DNA of 64,000 nucleotides from an uncultured Actinomycetota bacterium (GTDB taxonomy: Bacteria > Actinomycetota > Acidimicrobiia > Spongiisociales > UBA5794). The stretch lies in the NCBI GenBank assembly GCA_963836085.1, contig CAWIHT010000014.1, positions 148,530 to 212,529 on the forward strand, read 5' to 3'. Positions 47,828-56,455 of the stretch are shown in pieces. Position 1 is the first letter of the stretch. Every line of letters starts with the position of its first letter. The notes below the pieces were generated by a model that was not told the origin of the DNA, did not search any database, and was given only the letters and a program-made list of their open reading frames with translations. The translations under genes were made by a program, and so were the position numbers.

Positions 47828-48433
47828 TCACCGCTTCGCAGAACGCGCGAACTCGATCCGCTGCGCCTCAACGGCATCCCTCGCGACGCACCCTTCCCAG
47901 TGATCGTTGACCAGACCCATCGCTTGCATGAATGCGTACGCCGTTGTTGGCCCGACAAACGAGAATCCCCTCCGCTTCAGGTCTTTCGCCAGAGCTGTCG
48001 ACTCTTGTGTGATTGCGTCCCACGTCGGCGGTCGGGGTTCCGGCTCGAACGACCACACGAGGGCGCCGAGCGAGCCGAATTCGTCGATGACCTCGAGCGA
48101 GCGCTGGGCGTTGTTGATGGTCGATCGGATCTTGCCCTGATGTCGCACGATCCGTGCGTCATCGAGCATTCGGGCGACGTCCGCATCGCCGAAGCGGGCC
48201 ACACGTTCGATGTCGAAGCCGTCGAACGCCTCGCGGAACGCTTCCCGTTTCCTGAGGATCGTGATCCAGGAAAGCCCGGATTGGAAGCCTTCAAGGCTCA
48301 GCTTCTCGAACAGCCGCTGGTCGTCGTCGACGGGCCGGCCCCACTCATCATCGTGATAGGCGGCGTACTCGGGCGTTGCGTTGCCCCAGGCGCAGCGGTT
48401 CACGCCGTCGGCGCCTCGCTCCACGTATTCCAT
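47828..48433 (-). CDS. tag: DNA-3-methyladenine glycosylase I
   Basis: CAWGNATPEYAAYHDDEWGRP and a Tag-family body. Confidence 0.8.
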   Translation of the reverse strand: MEYVERGADGVNRCAWGNATPEYAAYHDDEWGRPVDDDQRLFEKLSLEGFQSGLSWITILRKREAFREAFDGFDIERVARFGDADVARMLDDARIVRHQGKIRSTINNAQRSLEVIDEFGSLGALVWSFEPEPRPPTWDAITQESTALAKDLKRRGFSFVGPTTAYAFMQAMGLVNDHWEGCVARDAVEAQRIEFARSAKR

Positions 48434-48443
48434 GTCGTCGACG

Positions 48444-49523
48444 CTACCCGACGACGGGCTCCTCGTCCCGCCCAACCGCTGCCGCCTGGGCGGCACGGCT
48501 GTGGCGAAGCACCACTTCCATGAGTTCCTGGGCGTACTCCGGGTCCATGCCGATCGCCTCAGCGTCCTCGCGCATCTCAGCGATCAGTTCGGCCTCGCGT
48601 TCCGGGGAGCGAAGAGCGAGATCTCGTACCGCCTTGATACGGGCGATGTCGACCGAGTTGCGGAGCCTTCGGCCGAGCAGTCGGATGACCTGACGGTCGA
48701 TACGGTCGATCTCGTCACGCAGCGACGGGATGCCGAGGGCCTCCATGAGTGCCGTAAAACGCTCCGGATCGAGGTGCGAGCCGTTCCCGGCCAGCGCTCC
48801 CGGAGGGTTCGGGTGGAACGGAACCATGAGCCCATCAGCGCCTGCGCTTCGCGCTGCGAGCGCCAACGGCTGGATGAGTTCCGGGTGACCGGCCGTTGGC
48901 GAAGGATCGACAATGACCGGCAGGTGGGACATTCGCTGCACGGTCGGGATCGCGGAAATGTCGAGCGTGTCGGTCGTCCGCGGATCGAACCCGCGGCTCC
49001 CCCGCTCGCAGAGGATGACGTCACTGTTGCCTGCGTCCAGCACGTACTCAGCGGCCAACAGCCACTCGTCGATCGTCGCTGCAGAGGCTCGATGGATGAT
49101 GATCGGCCGCTTGGTCGCACCTACGGCACGCAGCAGCACGAAGTTCTGCATGTTGTCCGGTCCGACTTCGATGATGTCAACATGCTCCGCCACGCGGTCG
49201 ACATTGTCCGGTTCGAGCACCTCCGTACTCACCGGTAGACGCGACTCCCGCCCGGCATGCTCGAGCATCCACAGTGCCTCACTGCCGAGACCCCGGTAGG
49301 CGTACGGGGACGACCCGGCGAGGAACGTCCCTGCCCGTAGAACTGATCCACCATTCTCGGCGACAATCCGAGCGGCTTCCACGATCTGCTCTTCGCTCTC
49401 GACCGCGATAGGTCCCGCGACCACCGGGTAGGAGCCGTCACCGAACTTGACGGTGCCGACCGAGACGACCGTGGTCTCGATGCCGGGCCGTCGATGGCTC
49501 TTGAGGATTGGTTTTTCTGACAT
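48444..49523 (-). CDS. 3-deoxy-7-phosphoheptulonate (DAHP) synthase fused to C-terminal AroQ chorismate mutase
   Basis: KDO8P/DAHPS class I-beta core. C-terminal ~90 aa is chorismate-mutase-like (RDEIDRIDRQVIRLLGRRL...IARIK). Confidence 0.8.
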   Translation of the reverse strand: MSEKPILKSHRRPGIETTVVSVGTVKFGDGSYPVVAGPIAVESEEQIVEAARIVAENGGSVLRAGTFLAGSSPYAYRGLGSEALWMLEHAGRESRLPVSTEVLEPDNVDRVAEHVDIIEVGPDNMQNFVLLRAVGATKRPIIIHRASAATIDEWLLAAEYVLDAGNSDVILCERGSRGFDPRTTDTLDISAIPTVQRMSHLPVIVDPSPTAGHPELIQPLALAARSAGADGLMVPFHPNPPGALAGNGSHLDPERFTALMEALGIPSLRDEIDRIDRQVIRLLGRRLRNSVDIARIKAVRDLALRSPEREAELIAEMREDAEAIGMDPEYAQELMEVVLRHSRAAQAAAVGRDEEPVVG

Positions 49524-49560
49524 GACGCCTCCTTCGTGGAGGGCTCCGGGAACACCACAA

Positions 49561-49584
49561 GACCCGGAGCCTTGGCTCCGGGTC
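49561..49584. promoter_or_regulatory. Perfect GC hairpin in the 5' leader 38 nt upstream of the DAHPS-CM start; terminator of the upstream unit or an attenuator
   Basis: gacccggagcc-tt-ggctccgggtc. On the minus strand it is followed by a U-containing tract and the RBS GAAGGAGG. Confidence 0.4.
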
Positions 49585-49756
49585 TCCGTGGGGGTGTGTT
49601 GGTGTGTGGTGCCGCTACCGCCGTATCACGTCGACCCGGGCGCAAGGCCCGGTGAAGAAATACGGAAATCGGTAGCGTGCGGTCACGGACAGGAGCGTAC
49701 TGGTATACCCGTCAACAGTAAAACCGGGGCACGGGGGCGACCCGGCTTGGCTGCGA

Positions 49757-49954
49757 CTAGGCAGCCGACATCCAGGCCCCAGCCACGAGTGCCACCGCTC
49801 CGGCCAGCGGCAGGACGACTTCCACGACGTTACGCACCGGACCCACGAGTCTCCGTTCCGGGTGGGTGAACAGTTCCCGCGCAACGATCGCACCCAACCC
49901 CCCGAGCAACAGCACCGACCCCACAACGGCCGCAACAAGATCGACGGCGCTCAC
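49757..49954 (-). CDS. Small hypothetical two-TM protein downstream of ctaB
   Basis: GTG start 6 nt after GGGGAGGGGA. VSAVDLVAAVVGSVLLLGGLGAIVARELF...LPLAGAVALVAGAWM. This is the 3' part of track ORF 50188. Confidence 0.3.
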   Translation of the reverse strand: MSAVDLVAAVVGSVLLLGGLGAIVARELFTHPERRLVGPVRNVVEVVLPLAGAVALVAGAWMSAA

Positions 49955-49999
49955 AGGTCCCCTCCCCCACGTACCCGACGACCACGGCTCGGATGAGTT

Positions 50000-50027
50000 G
50001 GTAGCTGGTAGCTGGTAGCTGGTAGCT
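50000..50027. repeat. Heptamer tandem repeat GGTAGCT x4 between ctaB and the small ORF
   Basis: ttgGGTAGCTGGTAGCTGGTAGCTGGTAGCTctg. Confidence 0.5.
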
Positions 50028-50033
50028 CTGTTC

Positions 50034-50930
50034 TCATCCCAACACCAGCACATCAATCGCGATCGCCAGGAACACTCCGGCGAGGTATCCGTTCGTCGCG
50101 GTGAAGTAGCGCATCGCCATATCCGTGTTCGCTCGAAGGTGGAATGCTCCTGCAACGAGCCAGGCACCGAGCACGATGACGGCAGCAAGGTAGATCCATC
50201 CCACCCATGGAACGAGCAGCAGCGAGACGCCGACCGTCACCAGGCTGTAGAGAACGATGTGATCGACCGTCATGGCCGTCCCGACGACGCCGGGAAGCAT
50301 CGGCACACCGGCAGCCTGATAGTCCTCGTCGTAGCGCAGAGCCAACGCCCAGAAGTGCGGCGGAGTCCAGAAGAAGATGATGCCGAACAACACCCATGCC
50401 GGCACTGTGAGCGATCCGGTGACCGCCGCCCACCCGACGAGAGGCGGTAGTGCGCCCGCCGCTCCACCGATGACGATGTTCTGTGTCGACGTGCGCTTGA
50501 GGAAGAGTGTGTAGACGATGACGTAGAAGAGCAGCGCGATCGTCGACAGGGACGCGGCGAGCAGATTCGTCGTCACGAGCAGCCATACGAACCCGAGGAT
50601 GCCCAGGGCGATTCCGAACACCATGGCCGCTTGTTCGCCGACCCGGTGGGTAGGGATCGGGCGGCCGCGGGTTCTGCGCATGACCCGATCGATGTCGGAA
50701 TCCATCACCTGGTTGATGACGTTCGCTCCCGCGGCGGAGAGCGTCCCTCCGATCAGTGTGGCGATCGCGAGCCACCATCCGGGCCAGCCATCGGCCGCAA
50801 GCACCATCGCAGGCAGAGTCGTCGTGAGCAGGAGTTCGATGATGCGCGGCTTCGTCAGCTCCACGTAGGCGCGAATCGTGCCCGCGGCGCTCGGCCTGCG
50901 AGGGTCGGTGATGCGCACGGTCTGACTCAC
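50034..50930 (-). CDS. ctaB: Protoheme IX farnesyltransferase (heme O synthase)
   Basis: UbiA-family motifs NQVMDSDIDRVMRRTRGRPIP and YTLFLKR. GTG start overlaps the ctaA stop. Confidence 0.85.
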   Translation of the reverse strand: MSQTVRITDPRRPSAAGTIRAYVELTKPRIIELLLTTTLPAMVLAADGWPGWWLAIATLIGGTLSAAGANVINQVMDSDIDRVMRRTRGRPIPTHRVGEQAAMVFGIALGILGFVWLLVTTNLLAASLSTIALLFYVIVYTLFLKRTSTQNIVIGGAAGALPPLVGWAAVTGSLTVPAWVLFGIIFFWTPPHFWALALRYDEDYQAAGVPMLPGVVGTAMTVDHIVLYSLVTVGVSLLLVPWVGWIYLAAVIVLGAWLVAGAFHLRANTDMAMRYFTATNGYLAGVFLAIAIDVLVLG

Positions 50931-51925
50931 GATGCACGCTTCGCGGTCTGATCGGCCTGAACTCGATCTCCGAGCAGGGCAGCGGCAAAGATCACGTATG
51001 CAATCCACATGGCGTCGGCAATGGCGAGGTGGATGACCTGGGTCTCGAGCGGGGTCGCAAGGATCACGTTCACGAGTCCGGCGAAGAACTGGATCGCGAC
51101 CAGCCCCATGACGATCGCCGCGATGCGTTTCGTCCGATCAACTGCCTTGGCGGAGAGACGCATCACGAGATAGGCGACGCCGAAGCCGACGGCGATGGCC
51201 ACGACCGGGTGCAACACCCGGACCTGCACCAGCCACGGCGCGTCTGCTGCGAGTTCCTGTTGGACGCCGGAGAAGAAGCTGTCCACGGGGTAGAGCGTGT
51301 CGCTGAGGGCGTTGAGGGCCCCCATTGCGCCGACCAGCAGCAGACCGGCGGCTCCAACGCCAAGGCGTCGATCCAGTCCCGGTTCCCGTGGCGATGCCGG
51401 ACCCGGGTTACCCGACGCCCACCACGCCGTCAGGGTCGACGCGCCGAGCAACAGATAGGTGTTGGTGAGGTGAAGCGGCACCACGATCATGCGGGCGATG
51501 GACTCATCCTGGGCGACCCAGCCGAAGACCACCAGTCCGGCGCCGAGGAGCGACTCGACTCCCATCAGGATCAAGCCCGCTCCGGCGGCCCGACGGACGC
51601 GATGACCTTGGTCGTAGAGGCGACGGGCCAGGAGGTAGAGGGCGAGGACTCCGAGAATGGCGAGGGCGCTCGTGATCCGGTGAGTGAACTCGATCACGGT
51701 CTCGACGGCCGGGTTTGATGGGAAGATCCTGTCGGTGCACGCGGGCCAGGAAGCTCCGCAGCCGTCGCCGGACTCGGTGGCGCGCACGATCGCTCCCCCG
51801 AGAATCACGAAGACATTGAACGCGAGGACCGACCAAGCGAGAACTCGATAGCGATTCCGTCGTTGGATCGAGGAGGTTTCCACGACCCGCAGGGTACCGG
51901 CCTCTCGACCGACATCGCAGTCCAC
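50927..51925 (-). CDS. ctaA: Heme A synthase (CtaA/COX15); start uncertain (track ORF extends to 52153)
   Basis: TM1 plus loop Cys pair GDGCGASWPAC and His-rich TM helices. Upstream 75-90 codons are low complexity and would overlap the divergent neighbour. Confidence 0.7.
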   Translation of the reverse strand: MDCDVGREAGTLRVVETSSIQRRNRYRVLAWSVLAFNVFVILGGAIVRATESGDGCGASWPACTDRIFPSNPAVETVIEFTHRITSALAILGVLALYLLARRLYDQGHRVRRAAGAGLILMGVESLLGAGLVVFGWVAQDESIARMIVVPLHLTNTYLLLGASTLTAWWASGNPGPASPREPGLDRRLGVGAAGLLLVGAMGALNALSDTLYPVDSFFSGVQQELAADAPWLVQVRVLHPVVAIAVGFGVAYLVMRLSAKAVDRTKRIAAIVMGLVAIQFFAGLVNVILATPLETQVIHLAIADAMWIAYVIFAAALLGDRVQADQTAKRAS

Positions 51926-52121
51926 GACAACGTGAGTAGTGGCCGCGGTGGCGGGTATGCTTGCGGTATGAAGAAGCCACTGCTCGGACTCATCATCCTC
52001 GCCGTCATGGTTGCCCTCGGATTCAAGATCTACAAGGCGATGACGGTCGAAGTCCCGGTCGAGGATCAGGGCTGACAAGCCCCCGTTCGATCTCGCCGTT
52101 CGGTGCTTCGGCGCCGGGCGC

Positions 52122-52844
52122 TTGGTTTGCGCGCTCCACGGATTCACACTCACCGGCGCTCAATTCGAGTCGCTCGCTACCGACGGTCTCCGTATCTGCG
52201 CTGCCGATCTGCCGGGGCACGGAGACACGCACGGCTCCCCGGTAGATGTTCCTGCAACGGTTGCGGCCATTGCCGGTTGGCTCTCATCGTTCGGCCAACC
52301 GATGCCGCTTGTTGGCTACTCCCAGGGCGGTCGCATGGCACTGCTCACGGCACTGAAGCACCCGCACCTCGTCGAACGGCTGGTCCTGATATCTGCATCG
52401 CCGGGCATTGCCGGCTGCGAGGCCCGGGCACAGCGTCGAGACCGTGACGAGCGTCTCGCCGAGCACATCGAGACCGTCGGTGTCGACGCCTTCCTCGACG
52501 AGTGGCTCGCCGGGCCGATCGCCGGGACCTCCCACCTCGACGACGAGGCGCGGCGGCGAGACCGTGCCATCCGCTCGGTGAACACGACGGCCGGTCTGGC
52601 CGCAGCTCTGCGGGGGCTGGGCCAGGGTACGCAACCGTTCGTCGGAGACCGGATCGTCGATCTTCGCATCCCGCTCCTCACCATCTCAGGCAGCGACGAT
52701 GCCCCCTACACCCGACGTGCCCGAGAGATGGCGGACACCGCCCCTTCGGGATCTCATGTGTCGATCGACGGAGCCGGCCACAACGTCCTCCTGGATGCTC
52801 CCGATGCAGTGGTCGCAGCCCTCGCGGACTTCGGGATCGTGTAG
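52122..52844 (+). CDS. Alpha/beta hydrolase (MenH-like)
   Basis: LHGF..., GYSQGG nucleophile elbow, C-terminal His. Confidence 0.6.
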   Translation: MVCALHGFTLTGAQFESLATDGLRICAADLPGHGDTHGSPVDVPATVAAIAGWLSSFGQPMPLVGYSQGGRMALLTALKHPHLVERLVLISASPGIAGCEARAQRRDRDERLAEHIETVGVDAFLDEWLAGPIAGTSHLDDEARRRDRAIRSVNTTAGLAAALRGLGQGTQPFVGDRIVDLRIPLLTISGSDDAPYTRRAREMADTAPSGSHVSIDGAGHNVLLDAPDAVVAALADFGIV

Positions 52845-52855
52845 CCCGCCGGTTC

Positions 52856-53773
52856 TCAATCGGTGGTGAGGAATGACTCGATGGCAGCGACGTACTCCTC
52901 GGGCCGGGACATGACCGATTCGTGACCGGCGCCGGCGATCTCGACCATACGTTCCGGGTCGATCAGTTCAGCGAGTTCGTATTGAGTCCGGGTCGCGACG
53001 ACCTGATCGTCGGTCGGGATGACCACCATCGTCGGCACGTCGATCTCACCAACCCACGCTCGGGAGTCGAACCTCCATGCCGCTTTCCCCGACTCGTAGT
53101 AGAGGGTCGGGTCGCGATTGAGCATCGCCGCCCAGAACCACCTGGCGTGACGGGCCTCAACGATCCCCGATCGCAGAAGATACCGATAGGTCAGGATGAC
53201 GACTTCCTTCTTCGATAGCCGCGCCACTGCCCGTGAGATCCAGAACGCGAAACGCGCGGGAATGCGAAGGCGGTCGACCGGATAGGCGGACGTGCCGGCG
53301 AGGATGAGTCGCCCGACTCGTTCGGGGTAGCGGTAGGCGAGGACCTGCGCGGCCATGCCACCGAGCGAGTAGCCGAAGACGTCGAACCGTTCGTACCCCA
53401 GGGCGTCGAGGACTCCGATCGTCTCGAGGGCGAGATCGGCCACCTCGACGGGACCGCGGATCCGATCCGACTTCCCGTGGTTGCGTTGGTCGGGAACGAT
53501 GACGCGATAGCGCTCGGCGAGGGCTGGGATCATCTTGTAGTAGGTCATCTCGCCGTCGAATCCCCATCCATGCATGAGCACCAGAGGCGGCGCCGACTCG
53601 GGTCCGGCTTCACGCACGAAGAACTCTCGCTCGCCGACGAGGACGGTACGGCCGGGAATGGCCAGAGGACGTTGCTGCTCACCTTCGAATTCGGGTTCCA
53701 CCTCGGGCCCCAACAGGCGCCACAGCACCCACCCCAGTCCGATAGCCCCGATCAGTCTTCGCACGATGCTCAC
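52856..53773 (-). CDS. Alpha/beta hydrolase
   Basis: LMHGWG and GYSLGG motifs. Confidence 0.7.
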   Translation of the reverse strand: MSIVRRLIGAIGLGWVLWRLLGPEVEPEFEGEQQRPLAIPGRTVLVGEREFFVREAGPESAPPLVLMHGWGFDGEMTYYKMIPALAERYRVIVPDQRNHGKSDRIRGPVEVADLALETIGVLDALGYERFDVFGYSLGGMAAQVLAYRYPERVGRLILAGTSAYPVDRLRIPARFAFWISRAVARLSKKEVVILTYRYLLRSGIVEARHARWFWAAMLNRDPTLYYESGKAAWRFDSRAWVGEIDVPTMVVIPTDDQVVATRTQYELAELIDPERMVEIAGAGHESVMSRPEEYVAAIESFLTTD

Positions 53774-53805
53774 GAGCGGAGCGTAGAGGTTCGGTCGATC
53801 CAGCG

Positions 53806-54615
53806 GTGGGTACAGTGGCGGACCCCATGCGACTCAACGTACATCGACTCGGTCCAGACTCCCCGTCCGTGCTCCTCCTCCACGGACTCAGCTCCGCTGG
53901 CCCGGTTTGGGCGCAGATCGGGGCCATGTTCGAAGCGGTCGGGTACTCGTCGATCGCTCCGGACCTTCGCGGACATGGGCAGAGCGCCCACCCCGGCGAG
54001 TACAGCCTCGACGGCTACGCAGGAGATGTGATCGAGACCTGTCCGGGGCCGTGGCGGCTGGTGATCGGGCACTCGCTCGGTGGCGCCACGGCCGTCCGCG
54101 CGGCCTCGCTCAAACCGGACTTCGCTAGCGCCTACCTCCTGATCGACCCTGCGATCGACTTCGACCCGATTGCCGCCGAGACCGTGCGCGTTGCGCTTGT
54201 TGCCGACGTCACCGAACCGCCGACCATCGAGGAACTCGTGGCCGAGCGCCCCAAGTGGAGCAAGGAGGACGCAGAGCGGAAACGCGACGCCCTCCTCGCG
54301 ACGTCCGTCGACGTGATGAACCGGAGCTTCGCCGACAACCGTGACTGGGGCCTCGGTGCCGAACTCTCCCGGATCCCTGTCCCCGTGCACCTCCTCGGTG
54401 CAGAGGAAGAGCCGCTCTACACGAGCGCCGCCTTCGCCCGACACAGCGAGAATGCTCCAAATCTGACGTTCGAACAGGTCCCAGGCACGGGCCACTCGAT
54501 CCACAGAGACGACCCGGCGACGGTGATTGCGAGGGCGTTGGGTCTTCTCAGCCCCGAGCTACGAGCTACACATTCCTTCCCCTCAGGGGAAGGTGGCAGC
54601 GCCCCCAGGCGCTGA
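53806..54615 (+). CDS. Alpha/beta hydrolase
   Basis: LLHGL and GHSLGG motifs. Confidence 0.7.
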   Translation: MGTVADPMRLNVHRLGPDSPSVLLLHGLSSAGPVWAQIGAMFEAVGYSSIAPDLRGHGQSAHPGEYSLDGYAGDVIETCPGPWRLVIGHSLGGATAVRAASLKPDFASAYLLIDPAIDFDPIAAETVRVALVADVTEPPTIEELVAERPKWSKEDAERKRDALLATSVDVMNRSFADNRDWGLGAELSRIPVPVHLLGAEEEPLYTSAAFARHSENAPNLTFEQVPGTGHSIHRDDPATVIARALGLLSPELRATHSFPSGEGGSAPRR

Positions 54616-54752
54616 CGGAAGGGGTCTCTCGCTCTCGTAGGGAGGGAGTGACGCCCGACGCTCGCGAGCACACCTCGAGATCGTGACCAGGGTGAGACCC
54701 CCTCCGTCCCTCGCTGCGCTTGGGCCACCTCCCCCTGAGGAGGAGGAATCGG

Positions 54753-55208
54753 CTACTCAGCTACTCCCAGCGCGTCCACCGCGAACACGTACTCCGCCAC
54801 CGGCACTCCCCCGACCAGATGTTCGTCGATGATGCGGTCGATGACGTCGACCGTGACGGAGTGGTACCAGACGCCGTCTGGATAGACGACCCCGATCGGG
54901 CCGCGCTCGCACACACGGAAGCAGTCGACCTTGGAGCGGAGGACCACCCCCCCGGTGCCACCATCGTCCGGCGGCGGTTCGTCGAGATCGGCTCCGCGCC
55001 ACGGCGCGGGGGCCGAGGCGAGATCAAGATCCTTCAGCCGCCGCTTCAGGTGACGCCAGACCATCTGGCTCTCCTCTGCCGTCGAACAGCGCGGCGTCGA
55101 TTGGCTGGCGCACAGGAAGATGTGGCGGTCCAGAGATCCGATACCGATCGAGCGGGAAATGGCGTCGAGGCGCTGCTGACTGTTGTCGACCATGGTGAGA
55201 GTCTGCAC
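54753..55208 (-). CDS. Thioredoxin-like [2Fe-2S] ferredoxin domain protein
   Basis: Cys spacing HIFLC(x7)C ... C(x3)C. Divergent from selD with a 44-nt spacer. Confidence 0.5.
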   Translation of the reverse strand: MQTLTMVDNSQQRLDAISRSIGIGSLDRHIFLCASQSTPRCSTAEESQMVWRHLKRRLKDLDLASAPAPWRGADLDEPPPDDGGTGGVVLRSKVDCFRVCERGPIGVVYPDGVWYHSVTVDVIDRIIDEHLVGGVPVAEYVFAVDALGVAE

Positions 55209-55252
55209 CGGCGTCGCGTTCCCCGCAAGCGACCGTCACTACGATGCCGGGT

Positions 55253-56299
55253 ATGAACTTCATCCGTCTCACGTCGTACAGCCACGGATCCGGCTGAGCA
55301 TGCAAGCTCGGAGCTGACGAGCTGGCGCAGGTTCTGCGCCGTCTGCCTGGAAACGAGATCACCGAACACCCGGATCTCCTTGTCGGAATCGCGGGGTCGG
55401 ATGACGCCGCCGTCTACCGCATCTCCGACGACCTCGCACTCGTCCAAACCGTCGACTTCTTCACGCCGATTGTCGACGACCCTGCCGAGTGGGGCCGTAT
55501 CGCCGCCGCCAACGCGCTGTCCGATGTCTACGCGATGGGCGGCACACCGCTGACAGCACTCCAACTGCTGTCGTGGCCGCGAGACGAGCTGCCGTGGAGT
55601 GCTGCAGCCGACGTCATCGACGGCGCGGTGGAGGTATTGGCTGAGGCGCGATGCACCCTGGTTGGCGGTCACTCGATCGATGATCGGACGCCCAAGTTCG
55701 GGTTCGCCATCACCGGCACCGTCCACCCGGATCGCATGATCACGAACGACGCTGCCCGTGCCGGGGATGCGCTGGTCCTCACCAAGGCTCTCGGAACCGG
55801 ACTCATCTCAACCGCGATCAAGAGCGGCATTGCCACGGCGGGTTCGCAGGAAGCAGCGGTTGCCACCATGCGAAGGCTGAACGCATCAGCATCTCGCGCT
55901 GCCGTCGAATCCGGTGTGCGGGCCGGCACCGATGTCACCGGATTCGGTCTCCTCGGTCACCTCGTGGAGATGCTGCGGGCGAGCGACGTCACCGCCGTTC
56001 TCGATGCTTCGGCGATCCCGATCCTCGAGGGTGCACTCGACATCGCGGCCGACGGCACCGTGCCGGGAGGCACGAAACGCAACTTCCGTTCGGTCGAATC
56101 GGTGGTGGACTTCGGCGCACTGCCGCCAGAGATGCAGACGTTGCTTGCCGACGCGCAGACGAGCGGCGGACTGCTCCTCGCCGTGCCGGAAGCCGATCTT
56201 CCAGCACTCGTTGCCGGGATCACCGGTGGCGGGGATCTCGCTGCAGTCATCGGCCGGATCACACCGGCGGCCACCGATTCACTGGTCACGGTCCGCTAG
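55253..56299 (+). CDS. selD: Selenophosphate synthetase (selenide, water dikinase) with in-frame UGA selenocysteine codon at 55295-55297
   Basis: N-terminus MNFIRLTSYSHGSG-U-ACKLGADEL aligns to E. coli SelD IRLTQYSHGAGCGCK with UGA at the Cys17 position. Downstream DDAAVY, FFTPIVDDP, ANALSDVYAMGG. C-terminal ORF 55535-56299 is in the same frame (AIR-synthase-like fold, TDVTGFGLLGH). Confidence 0.85.
55304..55339 (+). promoter_or_regulatory. Candidate SECIS-like hairpins immediately 3' of the selD UGA
   Basis: AGCUC-GGAGCUGAC-GAGCU starts 8 nt after UGA, and GCGCAG-GUU-CUGCGC starts 28 nt after UGA. The second has an apical GGUUC loop. Confidence 0.4.
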
Positions 56300-56371
56300 G
56301 CGGAGCCGACGGGCTGTCGGCCGCATCCGTTTGCTACGCTCGAATCATCGTCGGTCCTCTGGACCGGCCGC

Positions 56372-56402
56372 GCATGCCCCCTCTCCCCCCGTGGGGGCAT
56401 GC
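56372..56402. terminator. 10-bp GC hairpin in the selD-mgtE spacer
   Basis: gcatgccccc-tctccccccgt-gggggcatgc lies 73 nt after the selD stop. The 156-nt spacer precedes mgtE. Confidence 0.4.
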
Positions 56403-56455
56403 CCAGTTCCCGGGTCAATCCGGCTCCGAGCTTCAAGCGATAGGCTGCGTCTGTC

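Noticed and set aside
48381-49238. 285-aa plus-strand ORF
   Set aside because: It is antisense to the DAHP synthase-chorismate mutase gene and low complexity.
51968-52075. 35-codon single-TM ORF (MKKPLLGLIILAVMVALGFKIYKAMTVEVPVEDQG) between ctaA and the MenH-like gene
   Set aside because: It is plausible but too short to support. There is no convincing RBS, and it overlaps possible upstream extensions of ctaA.
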